Shown here in pieces: positions 9,957-20,191 of a stretch of DNA of 64,000 nt. The first letter of the stretch is position 1; the number at the start of each line of letters is the position of its first letter. This stretch comes from an uncultured Chloroflexia bacterium (GTDB lineage: Bacteria; Chloroflexota; Limnocylindria; Limnocylindrales; CSP1-4). The notes beneath the pieces were generated by a model. That model made no database searches and was not told the origin of the DNA. It saw only the letters and a program-made list of their open reading frames with translations. A program made the position numbers and the translations under genes. The stretch is taken from assembly GCA_963768655.1 (NCBI GenBank), contig CAVYIM010000009.1:160001-224000 (forward strand), read 5' to 3'.

Positions 9957-10032
9957 GGGGGAGTAGCTCAACGGTCAGAGCACGGCTCTTATACAGCCTC
10001 GGTTGGAGGTTCGAATCCTCCCTCCCCTACCA
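9957..10032 (+). tRNA. tRNA-Ile with anticodon UAU
   Basis: Cloverleaf: acceptor GGGGGAG/CTCCCCT, D-stem GCTC/GAGC, anticodon stem CGGCT/AGCCT with loop CT-TAT-AC (anticodon 9990-9992), T-arm GGAGG-TTCGAAT-CCTCC, discriminator A73, encoded CCA. Confidence 0.93.
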
Positions 10033-10175
10033 GCCGCCTGAAGGCGGCGACGCCACCACGGCCCCATTGCGAACGGCCGAGGGGCGACTCACAGCGACGA
10101 TGGCCGAATGATGGGCCAAGCTGCCACTCTGGCTGAGCTGGCCCAAGGCATCTTGCGAGCCAGGACGCAGCCTTC

Positions 10176-10928
10176 CTACGACACGCAGGCGGTGTCAAGC
10201 TGCGCTCCGCTGCCGGCGTCAAGCCACACGACGCACGGCCAGCTCTCGCCATCGGGCTGTACCTTCGCGTAGTCGAGCCGCCAGGCCAGCCGGAAGGTCT
10301 GACTGCTCGGCGGTTCGAGCGCCCAAACAAGCTCGACCCGGTTGGGCTTTCCTCCGGCCACCTTCCTCGCCTGCGCTTCGCTGATCAGGTGTGCGGGTGC
10401 TGCTTCCGTCGGGCCGAGTGTTCGCGAGAACGACAGAACCGTACCGTACGCGTCCATGTCGAGCCGAATGGCGGGGTAGCTCGGGTCGATCGGGAAGCCT
10501 TCGATGCAAGTTGGGGCGGGGCAAGACTGTCCGGGCCGACTGGCCCAGTCCCCCTCCCAGCCCGCATCGGTGGGTTCCTGCCAGACGGAGTCGGGAGCAC
10601 TCAAGCCGACGAGCGCGCCGATCTTCGTCGCGCGCGCCCGTGCAGACGCCTCATCGAGCTGTGTCGGCGAAGGCGCGACAGCGATCTGATAGACCACGGA
10701 CGAATCAGTCGTGGTGGTCTCTACAAGGATCGGTTCGGCGGGCAACGTTGGAGTGGCGGTCGGCGTCGGCAGTGGCGCCGCAGTCACGGTCGGTGATGGA
10801 TATGCCGTCGCCTTCGAGGACGGACCTGCCGTAGGCTCAGTTAGGGTCGCACTCGCGACGGCGCCCGAGCACCCGGACACGAGCACGCACGCAACAACCA
10901 GAAGATCGAGGCGATGGCCCTTCGACAT
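10176..10928 (-). CDS. Putative lipoprotein with C-terminal PepSY-like segment
   Basis: GGGAGG SD, lipobox-like VSGC, P/T linker, and ISEAQARKVA...WLDAGSG. Confidence 0.6.
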   Translation of the reverse strand: MSKGHRLDLLVVACVLVSGCSGAVASATLTEPTAGPSSKATAYPSPTVTAAPLPTPTATPTLPAEPILVETTTTDSSVVYQIAVAPSPTQLDEASARARATKIGALVGLSAPDSVWQEPTDAGWEGDWASRPGQSCPAPTCIEGFPIDPSYPAIRLDMDAYGTVLSFSRTLGPTEAAPAHLISEAQARKVAGGKPNRVELVWALEPPSSQTFRLAWRLDYAKVQPDGESWPCVVWLDAGSGAQLDTACVS

Positions 10929-11248
10929 TCGCGCCCTCCCGCGCCGCTCTGAACGGCGTTCCGACGTCCAGGCCTCGGACGCGGTGACGATCACCCCCAA
11001 CCGAAGACGTGTGCTCGCAGCGGCGCCCCTGGGCGCGGTGGGCCGGCTCAGTGTAGGCTGATCCGGCTCTGGATGGCGCCCGCTGGTCGGTTCGCATACC
11101 GACCACTCTGTTCTACCAGCCTTCGGACCAGTGTCAGGGCCGGCGCCCATCACCTCAGGCGAGCTGGCGATCGCCCGTCACGGTGTGACGGGCGGCGCAC
11201 TGGATCTGCCCTCCACCCTCGTCCATTACCGCGTTCCCAGAGCACCGC

Positions 11249-11896
11249 TCAACTCGGGCTGGCAGCAGGCTCCGGGTCCAGCTTGATGCTGTCGACGAAT
11301 GCTTCGACCTGGGCCTGCATCGGCGCCAGGTCGGGACCGCGGAAGATGGCGCTGACGCCGTATATCGTCTCGCCGGGCCCGGGGCGTCCGATCATCCAGT
11401 AGGTGTGCACGTCGACGAGATCGGATGGCGACGCCGGGATGTTCTGCTTGACGACGAGCCAGTCGCCGACACTCTTGACGTCCAATTCAGGGGATTCGAA
11501 GGCGCCGATGTCGATCGGAGTGGCCGAGCCGGTTGAGATGCTGACCGCCAACTGGTTCGGATCGAGGTGGCAGCAGATCGGAACCAGCGCAGTGGAGTCG
11601 CCGTTGGTAAAGCCCGCGAGGAAGAAGAGCGGCACGACGTGCCAATCGGCCGGGTAGTAGAAGGACAGGCCGTAGCCCGATCCCGAGAGGTGGTCGTAGA
11701 TGAGCGCCGGCGTCGGGCCTGCGGTCGGAGCGGCCGTGAGCGATGGCGATGCGGTGGCGGCGGTTCCAAATTCGCGCGGGCTGGCAGGCGCCGGCGACGT
11801 GCACGCCACAGCCACCGCGGCGATGAGCGCAACACAGATTGCCGAGCGGGCGACCCGGGTCGAGCCGCCTGCCGTCACGGAGCCGCGATCGAGCAT
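11249..11896 (-). CDS. Putative lipoprotein
   Basis: Hydrophobic signal ending VAVAC, P/T/A linker, YGLSFYYPADW, and C-terminal FVDSIKL (PsbP-like). Start uncertain. Confidence 0.6.
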   Translation of the reverse strand: MLDRGSVTAGGSTRVARSAICVALIAAVAVACTSPAPASPREFGTAATASPSLTAAPTAGPTPALIYDHLSGSGYGLSFYYPADWHVVPLFFLAGFTNGDSTALVPICCHLDPNQLAVSISTGSATPIDIGAFESPELDVKSVGDWLVVKQNIPASPSDLVDVHTYWMIGRPGPGETIYGVSAIFRGPDLAPMQAQVEAFVDSIKLDPEPAASPS

Positions 11897-12175
11897 CCTG
11901 GGACCAGGTCGCTCGATTGAGGTCTCGATTGAGGTAATGATCGAGCCGGGCATCGTCTCCGCCCCCGTCAGGTCGACTTGTCGTTGGCGCCGTCAACGAA
12001 GATACGCCCCGAGCCTCGGCCTGGATCGCCGCTTCTCCGGCCTCGGTGCCTTCCGACCCGCCTCAGAGATCAGTGCCCGGCCGGTCGCATCAGCAACTCG
12101 GACGCAGCCCGGCGTCACGCGCGCCCCCTCGAATGGTCATCCTAAGTTCGTTCCGATGATGGAGGATGACGGCCC

Positions 12176-13054
12176 GTGGGAGCTAGAGCGAAAGTCGACA
12201 AGGGGCGCGGTTCGGCAGCGCTGTCGGTGTTCGGGGCGCTGATGGTTGCCGCAGCCGTCGTCGGATGCTCCACGGCTGTTGCGACACCCTTACCGTATCC
12301 CTCGGCCGTTGCCAGCGCGGCCAACACGGCGAGTCCAAGTCCGGGCGGATCTGGGTCTCCGAGCCAGCCCCTTTCGATCAACCCGCTCTACAGCTGTGGT
12401 GTGAGTGGTCCTCGGTTCAGCCCCGACGTTCTTGACGGCCCGGCTGACGCAGAGAGTGGCACGGACGGTGCCGCGGCGGCGCTCCGTGCCGCGATCGCTG
12501 GGCCACCGAACACGGATTCGACGGCCGCAGGCGGCTTGCCAGCTGCAGGCTGGCTCAGGGTATTCGACAGCGGGAACGAGGTCTTGTTCCTCGCACCGGC
12601 TGTGAACAAGGCGTATGGCTACGACTCGGTCCAAGCGACCCGCTCAGACTCCACCTGGACGACATCCGTTAGCTTCTGCTGGGTTGGCCCCGATGACGAG
12701 ACCTACATCGGTGTGGGCTGGGAACTGGCGGCACGTCCGGACCCGCAGAGCACCACCGTGCAGGTGCTACTCAACGTGTCTGATCCCCCTTGCGGCACTC
12801 TGCTCGGTTGGACGATCAAGGATTCGCCGACGAACGTTGTGATCACTTCTTGGGCGCATCGGCCACCGCCGGTCGTTACCGCCTCCGGCCCGGTTGCTAT
12901 GGGATGCGCGTTGCCGGACGACTACCTGCTCACGGTCGTCCAGCTGGCCGAGCCACTCGGAAATCGAACGCTGTATGACGGCGCCTCCTACCCGCTACAT
13001 CCTGCGACGGTGGCTTCCGTGCAGATCCAGCCCTACGGGACCTGGCAGCCGTAG
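12176..13054 (+). CDS. Putative lipoprotein
   Basis: Signal ending AVVGC, S/P linker, and C-terminal V.LAEPLGNRTLYDG. Confidence 0.65.
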   Translation: MGARAKVDKGRGSAALSVFGALMVAAAVVGCSTAVATPLPYPSAVASAANTASPSPGGSGSPSQPLSINPLYSCGVSGPRFSPDVLDGPADAESGTDGAAAALRAAIAGPPNTDSTAAGGLPAAGWLRVFDSGNEVLFLAPAVNKAYGYDSVQATRSDSTWTTSVSFCWVGPDDETYIGVGWELAARPDPQSTTVQVLLNVSDPPCGTLLGWTIKDSPTNVVITSWAHRPPPVVTASGPVAMGCALPDDYLLTVVQLAEPLGNRTLYDGASYPLHPATVASVQIQPYGTWQP

Positions 13055-13109
13055 TACCAGCGACTCAGCCAACCGGCCAGTGTTCGGGAGGTAACCTCGA
13101 CGTTGAGGC

Positions 13110-14154
13110 GTGGAGCGGGAGAAGGCGTTGGACGAGCTTGTGGATCGGGCAATCCGTGGCGATGCTGCTGCGGCCAGGGTCCTAGAGGACACTCTCGATC
13201 GCCTGGCCTGGCGGTCAGCGACGGGTGACTTTCCATCGAAGCCTCCGTCAAGCGGCGATCTTGCCTGGATCGATACTTGCGTCAGGCTGCGGCGCGACCG
13301 CAAGTTCTCAGGCAGGGCCGCGACAGTCCTGTCCAATCTGTCGCCCGGCGAGATCGATACTGCCCGCCGACGGGTGCTCGCGGCGCCGCCTCCACCGCGC
13401 AATCGGCCCCTCGTGCCAGGTGAACTGCTGGCCCGCTACCGCCACGGAGACCACGAAGCTGTCTGGTCCGAACTCGCCCAACTTGGAGCCCTTCGATCGG
13501 ACTCGGAACGGCAAGAGGCCGCCGCAGTTGCTGGCGAGACGATGGCCGTCGCGGCCAGAGCGATCGATGAACTTGTTCGTCGACTCGGGAATATCGACTA
13601 TCCACTGCGGGCTCGGGCACGACATCGTCCCGTCAGCGCCAAGTCAATCGGGCGCCTCGCGAAGGTATGCCGCGGGCCGGTCGCCGTTTCGCTGGCCGCT
13701 TTCTGGCAGGTCGTCGGCGGAGTCGATCTGGCTCCGCAAGCCGACAGTCCGCTCCCAAGCTGGTGGCCGACCGAGGTACCGCCTGAAATGGTCGACCCTC
13801 TCGTGGTGGGCCAGCTGGACGAACTCTGGTCTGACATCGACGAGTGGAACGAAATCTCGCGCGGAGTTGGGTGATGCCAGCGACCGCCCGAGGCTGGAGC
13901 TTGCGATCGCACCGGACCGCTACCACAAGGTGAACATCAGCGGGGGAGGGGCCTACTCCATTGAGCTGCCCGACGCCTCGGCAGACGCGCCAGTTCTGCG
14001 CATCGACTACGTCGATCGAGATCCGCTCTTCGTCTCGTATCTTCGCGGAGCTGTGAGGGCTGGAGGGTTCCCTGGCGTACTCGCCTCCGGCACCGTCGGA
14101 CCGGAATGGACCCGGATCATCGCCGAGCTAACCGACGGGATTGAGGCGTTCTAG
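13110..14154 (+). pseudogene. Conserved-looking hypothetical protein (possibly SMI1/KNR4-like) with one frameshift, likely a sequence error
   Basis: Removing one A in GAAATC (13851-13856) joins ORF 13110 to the frame ending at 14154 (..APDRYHKVNISGG..FVSYLR..GGFPG). Confidence 0.6.
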
Positions 14155-14393
14155 CTTCCGGCCCGAAATCGACAGCGACCGCCGGATCGTCCCGGCCAGC
14201 CGGTTCGCATGCCGACCACTCTCTTCTCGTCTCTGCCTTACCACGTCCCGTGGCGGCGGCCGATGTGATCTCGTGGCCGACGTCGCGACGCGGCGTTCGC
14301 AACCGCCTGATCCGACAGGAGGCATCGTTCGCATACTGACCAGACGTGGTGCGACGGCGGTCGCGATGGCCAGGGTGGAGAGAGGAGGGGGCG

Positions 14394-15682
14394 ATGGACG
14401 AATTGGCGGCACCCACCGATCCTGGCCGGGCAGGAAGGTTGCCTCGCAGCCGCCGCGTCGCCGGGGCGCTGATCGGGCTGGCCGTAACGGTGGCCCTCGT
14501 TCTCGCATTGCTGGCAATCGCCGGTGGCCGAGTGGCACAAGCCCCGCTCGCGCCTACCCAGGGCATCGACTGGCAGTCTGCGACCCGGGTGGCTGCAGGC
14601 AGATGGGATTTCGGGCCGTTCCTTGCCAGCGCAGGCGGCCGCCTGTTTATGGTCGGCCAAGGGCATTCGACGGCCACGCCAAGCGGGAGCGGCATCGTCC
14701 AGTCCATTGGGCCGATCACCGTCTGGTCTTCAGCCGACGGCCTCACTTGGGATCAGGTCTCGGAGCCGGGTTCCTTCGAGGCGAGCACATCCAGGTTCAG
14801 TCCGCTGGCCTTCTCGGACGACGGCAACGGTGGCCTGATCGTTGTTGGCAATACCGCCGTAGGAAAACGACTTGCAGCCCGCGATGGCGTGGCACTCGTC
14901 GGATGGTCGGACCTGGACCCAGGAGCAGATCGCGTCAGACCCGGCTCAGGTGCTTGGCGTCGCGGCCCGGTCCGGTGCTGTGGTTGCCTTGGGGCAACTC
15001 GTGACTAGCACTTCCGTGGTCGCCGGAGAGATCCGGTCAGCCACCGAGCTTGCCGCTTGGTACTCAGCCGACGGCATCGTCTGGAGCCAGGCTATCCTGC
15101 CCGACTCGGCGGGCTACCTTCCGAGCGCCGTCACGGCCTGGAAGGATGGTTTTGCGGCGGTCGCTTACGACGAGGGCCCGGGAACGACGGACTCCACCGC
15201 GTGGACATCGACTGACGGACGCACCTGGGAGAAGGCGCCGACGCAGCTCACCGGTTTCGGTGCGAGCGCCATGACCGCTCTCGGCGACCGAGTAGTTGTC
15301 GTGGGAAGCGTCGGCCTGTCGCCGGCCTCGTGGTCTTCCACGGACGGCCGAGCGTGGGTTGAAATCGATGGCGCCTGCGAGGGACCCGGCCACGGCGTTC
15401 AGCGACGTGACGATCGTCGGCGAATCCCTGGTGGGAATTGGCGTAAGCCAACAGACTCTTCCCGCAAGTGCGCCGCCTTCGAATTGGACCCCACCCCCGC
15501 CGCCTCTGGCGAGCGTTTGGGTCTCAACCGACGGTCTGACCTGGCGACTCCTTGCCGAGGATCCTTCCTTGACGTTCGGTGGCGCGCACAACACCTATAT
15601 CGCTAACTCAGGCGACCGCATCGTCGTTGCCACGCAGGGGGCCAACGCAGTCGAAGTCTTCGTCGGTGACTTGGTGAAGTGA
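14394..15682 (+). pseudogene. Exported BNR/Asp-box beta-propeller protein with two frameshifts, likely sequence errors
   Basis: GAGGAGG SD and TM signal. WxSxDGxTW repeats continue across three frames, joined by removing one A at about 14864-14867 and 15362-15364. Confidence 0.7.
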
Positions 15683-16467
15683 CCGCGCCTCCGCAGCCAC
15701 CCGCACCTGGGGCTGCCCGAGTCGCGGCCGCTCGGGCAATGGCTGAACGAGGCGTACTGAACTTGACGAGAGCCGTCATCTGGGACTTCGACGAGACGCT
15801 GGCACGCCGCTCGGGCGCCTGGCGGCACATGCTGATCGACGCCCTTGACGCGGAGTCGCCAGGGCACGGCATCACCGCTGCGGACGTGGAGCCGGGGCTC
15901 AGGCACGGCTTCCCCTGGCACGACCCGGATCGGGCACACCCGGAGCTGTCCGACCCGGACCTGTGGTGGGCCAACCTCCGGCCCGTGCTGCGCGGAGCCC
16001 TGGAGCAGGCGGGGGTGAGCAAGCCGATCGCCGAAAGGGCGGCGAGCAGGGCCCGCTCGGAATACGTCCGGCTCGATCGCTGGTCCGTCTTCCCCGACAC
16101 CGAAGCGGCGCTCGACCGACTCCGGCGAGCCGGCTGGCGCCAGGCCATCCTCTCGAACCACTGCCCCGAGCTTCCGGACCTCGTGCGCGGGCTGGGCTTG
16201 ACGGGCTACTTCGACGTCGTCCTGACATCGGCCACGATCGGGTTCGAGAAGCCGCATCCGGAGGCCTACGCCCGCGTACTGCGCGAGCTCGGGCATCCGG
16301 AGACCGTGTGGATGATTGGCGACAGCCCCGAGGTCGACATCGCCGGGGCTCGCCGGTGCGGCATTCCCGGCGTGCTCGTCCGCCGGCCTGCCCCCGGTTT
16401 CGGCTACGCGGCCGACCTGACTACCGCGGTCGAGATGATCGAGCGATCCGCCGCGAGCCCGGGCTAG
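15679..16467 (+). CDS. HAD-superfamily hydrolase
   Basis: WDFDETL, ILSN, FEKPHP and MIGDS..DI.GA. Start may be ATG 15739. Confidence 0.9.
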   Translation: MTAPPQPPAPGAARVAAARAMAERGVLNLTRAVIWDFDETLARRSGAWRHMLIDALDAESPGHGITAADVEPGLRHGFPWHDPDRAHPELSDPDLWWANLRPVLRGALEQAGVSKPIAERAASRARSEYVRLDRWSVFPDTEAALDRLRRAGWRQAILSNHCPELPDLVRGLGLTGYFDVVLTSATIGFEKPHPEAYARVLRELGHPETVWMIGDSPEVDIAGARRCGIPGVLVRRPAPGFGYAADLTTAVEMIERSAASPG

Positions 16468-16508
16468 ACGGTTCAGGCTGGGCCGCGCCGAAGTTCGCCA
16501 TACGCCAA

Positions 16509-16670
16509 CCGGGGTAGCACGCGACCAGGTGATCGGCGCCGCGCTCGGCTCGAATCGGCGATTGGGACCGAGCCCGCGGGCTGTCTGAGCGTGGGTGACG
16601 GGTTCCCGAGCACGCCCGACGGGCCAGGCCGGTCAGGAAGGCCTGCCATTTCGGTCTCGTGCTACCCGGG
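16509..16670. repeat. Intergenic element bounded by inverted repeats (MITE-like or long hairpin)
   Basis: CCGGGGTAGCACGCGACC (16509-16526) and GGTCTCGTGCTACCCGGG (16653-16670) are a 16/18 inverted match. Confidence 0.5.
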
Positions 16671-16778
16671 CTTGAATCTGACCAGAATGGCGCGCGCCCG
16701 GGGTCGCAGAGGCGCCGCGCCCGGGTCGCCTTGCGCTCAGGCCACACGCCGCCCTCGCCCAGCGGGCATCATTCGGGC

Positions 16779-17279
16779 ATGACCGCCCGCATCGATGACG
16801 CCCGCATCGTGATCCGCCCGGCGACGGCGGAGGACCGGGCCACTCTGGTGGAGTTCAGGCTGGCGATGCTGGCGGAGATGTTCGGTAGCGAGCCCGGCGC
16901 CGCAGCTACCCGGCTGGTCGATCCGGCGACCCTGCGCCAGGCGAACGAGCGTTGGGTCGATGAGCACTTCGGGCGCGACTTCACGGCCTGGATGGCCGAT
17001 CTCGACGGCCGGCCCGCTGCCTGCGCCGGCCTCTTGTGGTTCGCCCACCCGCCCGGCCCCATCAACCCGGGCGGCCTGGAGGCGTACATCCTGAACGTCT
17101 ACACCCGACCCGAGGCGCGACGGATGGGACTGGCCCGCGCGGTCGTGGAGCGGGTCGTCGCGCAGGCCAGGGCCGCCGGCGTCCGGCGGATCTGGCTTCG
17201 TGCCAGCCCCGACGGCCGGCCGCTGTACGAATCCATGGGCTTTCGAACCGGCGACTACATGCAGCTGACGCCGGAGTAG
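16779..17279 (+). CDS. GNAT acetyltransferase
   Basis: YILNVYTRPEARRMGLA, WLRAS..GRPLYESMGF. Confidence 0.9.
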   Translation: MTARIDDARIVIRPATAEDRATLVEFRLAMLAEMFGSEPGAAATRLVDPATLRQANERWVDEHFGRDFTAWMADLDGRPAACAGLLWFAHPPGPINPGGLEAYILNVYTRPEARRMGLARAVVERVVAQARAAGVRRIWLRASPDGRPLYESMGFRTGDYMQLTPE

Positions 17280-17389
17280 CGCGAGGCTCGGGCCGGCTTC
17301 CACCGCCGGCCGCCCCGTTTCGAATTGAGGGTTACTCTCGATCGACGCCGCTCGCCTCCCTCGGTCCGTCGGCGCATTCGAGGAGCGTC

Positions 17390-18184
17390 GTGAAGAATTC
17401 GGCGTCGATCACCATCCGGGTCCTGGGCTTCCCGATCACGATCGGTATCGCCTTCCCGATCGTGATGTTGATTCTCGGCTACATCTCCCGGCTGGCGGGC
17501 ATCGAGCTGGTCATCTGGGTGGTCTTCGGCACGTTCGCGATCGCGGTCCACGAGCTGGGCCACGCCCTGGCCTTCCGGCACTACGGGCTCGAGTCGACGA
17601 TCCGCTTCTGGGCTATGGGTGGGCTGGCAATCCCCATCGACCAGGACGGCGCGGCCAGGCTTCCGGATCGCCAGTGGCTGGTCGTGTCGCTCGCAGGACC
17701 GGGCGTCGGGCTGGTCCTCGGCTCGATCGGGCTGGCGCTCGAAGGATTCGTCGCCGGCCAGGGCCTCGACCTGCGCTCGGCCGTCGGGATCTGGACCTTC
17801 GTCAATCTGGGCTGGAGCGTCTTCAACCTGCTGCCGATCACCGGGCTCGACGGCGGCAGCGCCGTCATGCACGTGTTGCGGCTCGCGTTCGGCGAACGTG
17901 GTTTCGACGCCGCCCTGGCGGCGAGCATGGCCTTCAGCGCCGTGGTGGCCGTCCTTTCGTTCGCGAACGGGCTGGCCTTCGTGGGCGTCATCGCCATCGT
18001 CTTCGGCCTGACCAACCCGTACCAGTATCGGGCGCTGCTGGCCGGGCTCTTCCCGGAATGGACCGAACGCCGTCGGAGGCGAGAAGCCGAACTCGAAGAG
18101 CTGACCCGCGAGCGCGGCCCTTTCGAGGATGGAGTGAGCAGGTCATGGCCGGGCGGCTTCAACCAGCCGAGGCCGAGGTCCTGA
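17390..18184 (+). CDS. Site-2 protease (M50 family) intramembrane metalloprotease
   Basis: HELGH, SLAGP, FNLLPITGLDG and several TM segments. GAGGAG SD before GTG 17390. Confidence 0.88.
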   Translation: MKNSASITIRVLGFPITIGIAFPIVMLILGYISRLAGIELVIWVVFGTFAIAVHELGHALAFRHYGLESTIRFWAMGGLAIPIDQDGAARLPDRQWLVVSLAGPGVGLVLGSIGLALEGFVAGQGLDLRSAVGIWTFVNLGWSVFNLLPITGLDGGSAVMHVLRLAFGERGFDAALAASMAFSAVVAVLSFANGLAFVGVIAIVFGLTNPYQYRALLAGLFPEWTERRRRREAELEELTRERGPFEDGVSRSWPGGFNQPRPRS

Positions 18185-18196
18185 GCCGCGGCTCCG

Positions 18197-19873
18197 TCAG
18201 CCGCCGCTCGCGACCCGCGGGTGGGCGACGAAGAAGTCGGCGATCAGGCGCGAGGCGTCGAAGTCGTCCGGGTTCGCCGGGGTGGCCGACGACGATCTGA
18301 CCGGCCACGTGTGCCAGCCGCCGGAGACCACCCGCATCGCCACGGTGCTTCCGCCCTGACAGTCCCAGCTCGTGGTGGTCGAGGCGCCGTCGACCGCGAC
18401 GGTCTGCGGAGCCGCGCAGGAATCGAGGGCCCGCCACCTGGCGATCACGTCGACCAGCGGCGAGAAGGCGATGTCCACGGTGCCGCCGTCGATCGGGATC
18501 GTGCCATCGGCGGTGCCGTGGATCGCCAGCACGGAGACGGGTCGATCGAGGGTGCAGGGCACGTCGGCGCTCCCGTCGGCGGTGGCCATGTTGCCGGAAA
18601 CCGGCGCGATCGCGGCAATTCGATCGGACAGCTCGCAGCCGAGCTTGTAGGTCATCATCGCGCCCCGCGACAGGCCGGTGGCGTAGACCCGATCGGGATC
18701 GACGGCATCGCTCGCCTCCAGCCGGTCGATCGTCGCCGAGATGAAAGCCACGTCGTCGGCGCCGGGGTGCTGGCCCCAGCTCGGGCCGCTGCCGAAGGCG
18801 TCCCAGCCGTCGGCCACGCCGTCGGGGTAGACGGCGATCCAGCCGAGGCGGTCGGCCTGGGCGTCGAAGCCGCTGTTCGCCTCGATGATGAAGCCGTCGC
18901 CGAAGACCCCGTGCAGAACGAAGACGAGGCCGGGGTGGGCGACTGTTTGGGCGGGCCGGTAGATACGGTAGGTGCGGTCGACGTCGCCGACGCGGATCGT
19001 GTCCACTTGCGTTCGGCCGGTCAGCTGGGCCGCGATCGTCGTCCGGTAGTCCCGCAGGAACGGAGCCGAGACACCGACCAGACCGGCGATGAGGACAAGG
19101 GCCAGCGCGACCGAAGACTTGCGACCGGGACCGGGGACCGTCGCCAGCCGCCGGAGCGCCGGCAGGCGGGGGAAGAGCGTCGCCTCGAGCCGTTCCGGCA
19201 GGCCGAGCAGCCAGAGCCCTGCCACTGCGCACCAGGTGGCGGCCAACGCCTCGACCGGCTCCACCGCCGAGAGCTGGGGCTGCAGTGCCCCCGAACGCAT
19301 GCTCCAGATCGTCCAGTCGGCCGCGACCCAGACCACCGCCACGGCGAGCAGGGCCGACAGCCAGGCGAGCGCCCGGCTCCGGCCGCCGAGGGCCGCGCCG
19401 ACGAGGACCAGCGTGGCCGGCAGGCACGCCAGCAGCAGGAGCGCGGCCAGGCCGCGAGCCTCGCCCACACCGTATAGATGTGGGTCCGGGGCCAGGATGC
19501 CGACGCCGTATCTGGCGGCAACGGCGACCGCCGCGACGGCGAACGCGGCTCTGGCGACGCGCCGCCGCTCCGCCCGGAGAAGCACGCCGCAAACCAGGAC
19601 AAGCTGCAGCCCAAGAAGCGCGACGCCGGCAATCAGCAGGACCACAAACCAGCGCGAGTCGAGTGCTCCGAAGAGGCGCTCCGGCCGCGAGACGAGGGAG
19701 TGGCTCACCTGGCCCTGGCTGAGCTCCAGGGCGACGATCGTGGCCCAGGAGATCGGCACCAGCAGGCCGGCCAGGCCGGCGGCGCGGGCGAAGCGTGGGC
19801 TGCCCTGTACCGGTACGCTGGAGAGCGAGGCGAACCTCCCGGCCCCTCGACGGCCTGGCACTTCTACCGACAT
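18197..19873 (-). CDS. Multi-TM domain fused to a PHB-depolymerase/LpqC-family esterase
   Basis: N-terminal hydrophobic helices, then FVLHG, VYPDG, DDVAFI, GLSRG nucleophile elbow, IHGTADG and GWHTWP. Confidence 0.8.
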   Translation of the reverse strand: MSVEVPGRRGAGRFASLSSVPVQGSPRFARAAGLAGLLVPISWATIVALELSQGQVSHSLVSRPERLFGALDSRWFVVLLIAGVALLGLQLVLVCGVLLRAERRRVARAAFAVAAVAVAARYGVGILAPDPHLYGVGEARGLAALLLLACLPATLVLVGAALGGRSRALAWLSALLAVAVVWVAADWTIWSMRSGALQPQLSAVEPVEALAATWCAVAGLWLLGLPERLEATLFPRLPALRRLATVPGPGRKSSVALALVLIAGLVGVSAPFLRDYRTTIAAQLTGRTQVDTIRVGDVDRTYRIYRPAQTVAHPGLVFVLHGVFGDGFIIEANSGFDAQADRLGWIAVYPDGVADGWDAFGSGPSWGQHPGADDVAFISATIDRLEASDAVDPDRVYATGLSRGAMMTYKLGCELSDRIAAIAPVSGNMATADGSADVPCTLDRPVSVLAIHGTADGTIPIDGGTVDIAFSPLVDVIARWRALDSCAAPQTVAVDGASTTTSWDCQGGSTVAMRVVSGGWHTWPVRSSSATPANPDDFDASRLIADFFVAHPRVASGG

Positions 19874-20191
19874 TGGCAATTCCCCGCGCTGCTCTCGGTG
19901 GTATGGCCGGGCCATTGTGCTGCCTCGTCGGACGTTCCGTCGGCTCGGGTCCTCCCTTCACGCCAGAGTCGGCACGACCGGCCAGGGGACGGCGAGCAGG
20001 GAATGGCCCGGTCGCCCGAGCGCAGACAGGAGTGTCATCGGCGGATCACGCTCCAGACGATGCGGCCGTAGCGGGTCGCCCGATCGATTGGGGGCTCCTC
20101 AAGCACCGCCCGCGCCCCTACGATGTGCCCGACGGCGCCACGGCCGTCGATCGGCCGGCAATCCCGGCAAGAAGGAAGAGGTCCGTCGGCG

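Noticed and set aside
11912-11935. 12-bp tandem duplicate CTCGATTGAGGT x2 as an operator
   Set aside because: The repeat is real but has only two copies and no supporting context.
10033-16700. Intact integrative element or prophage at the tRNA
   Set aside because: No integrase, phage gene or duplicated tRNA 3' end was seen.
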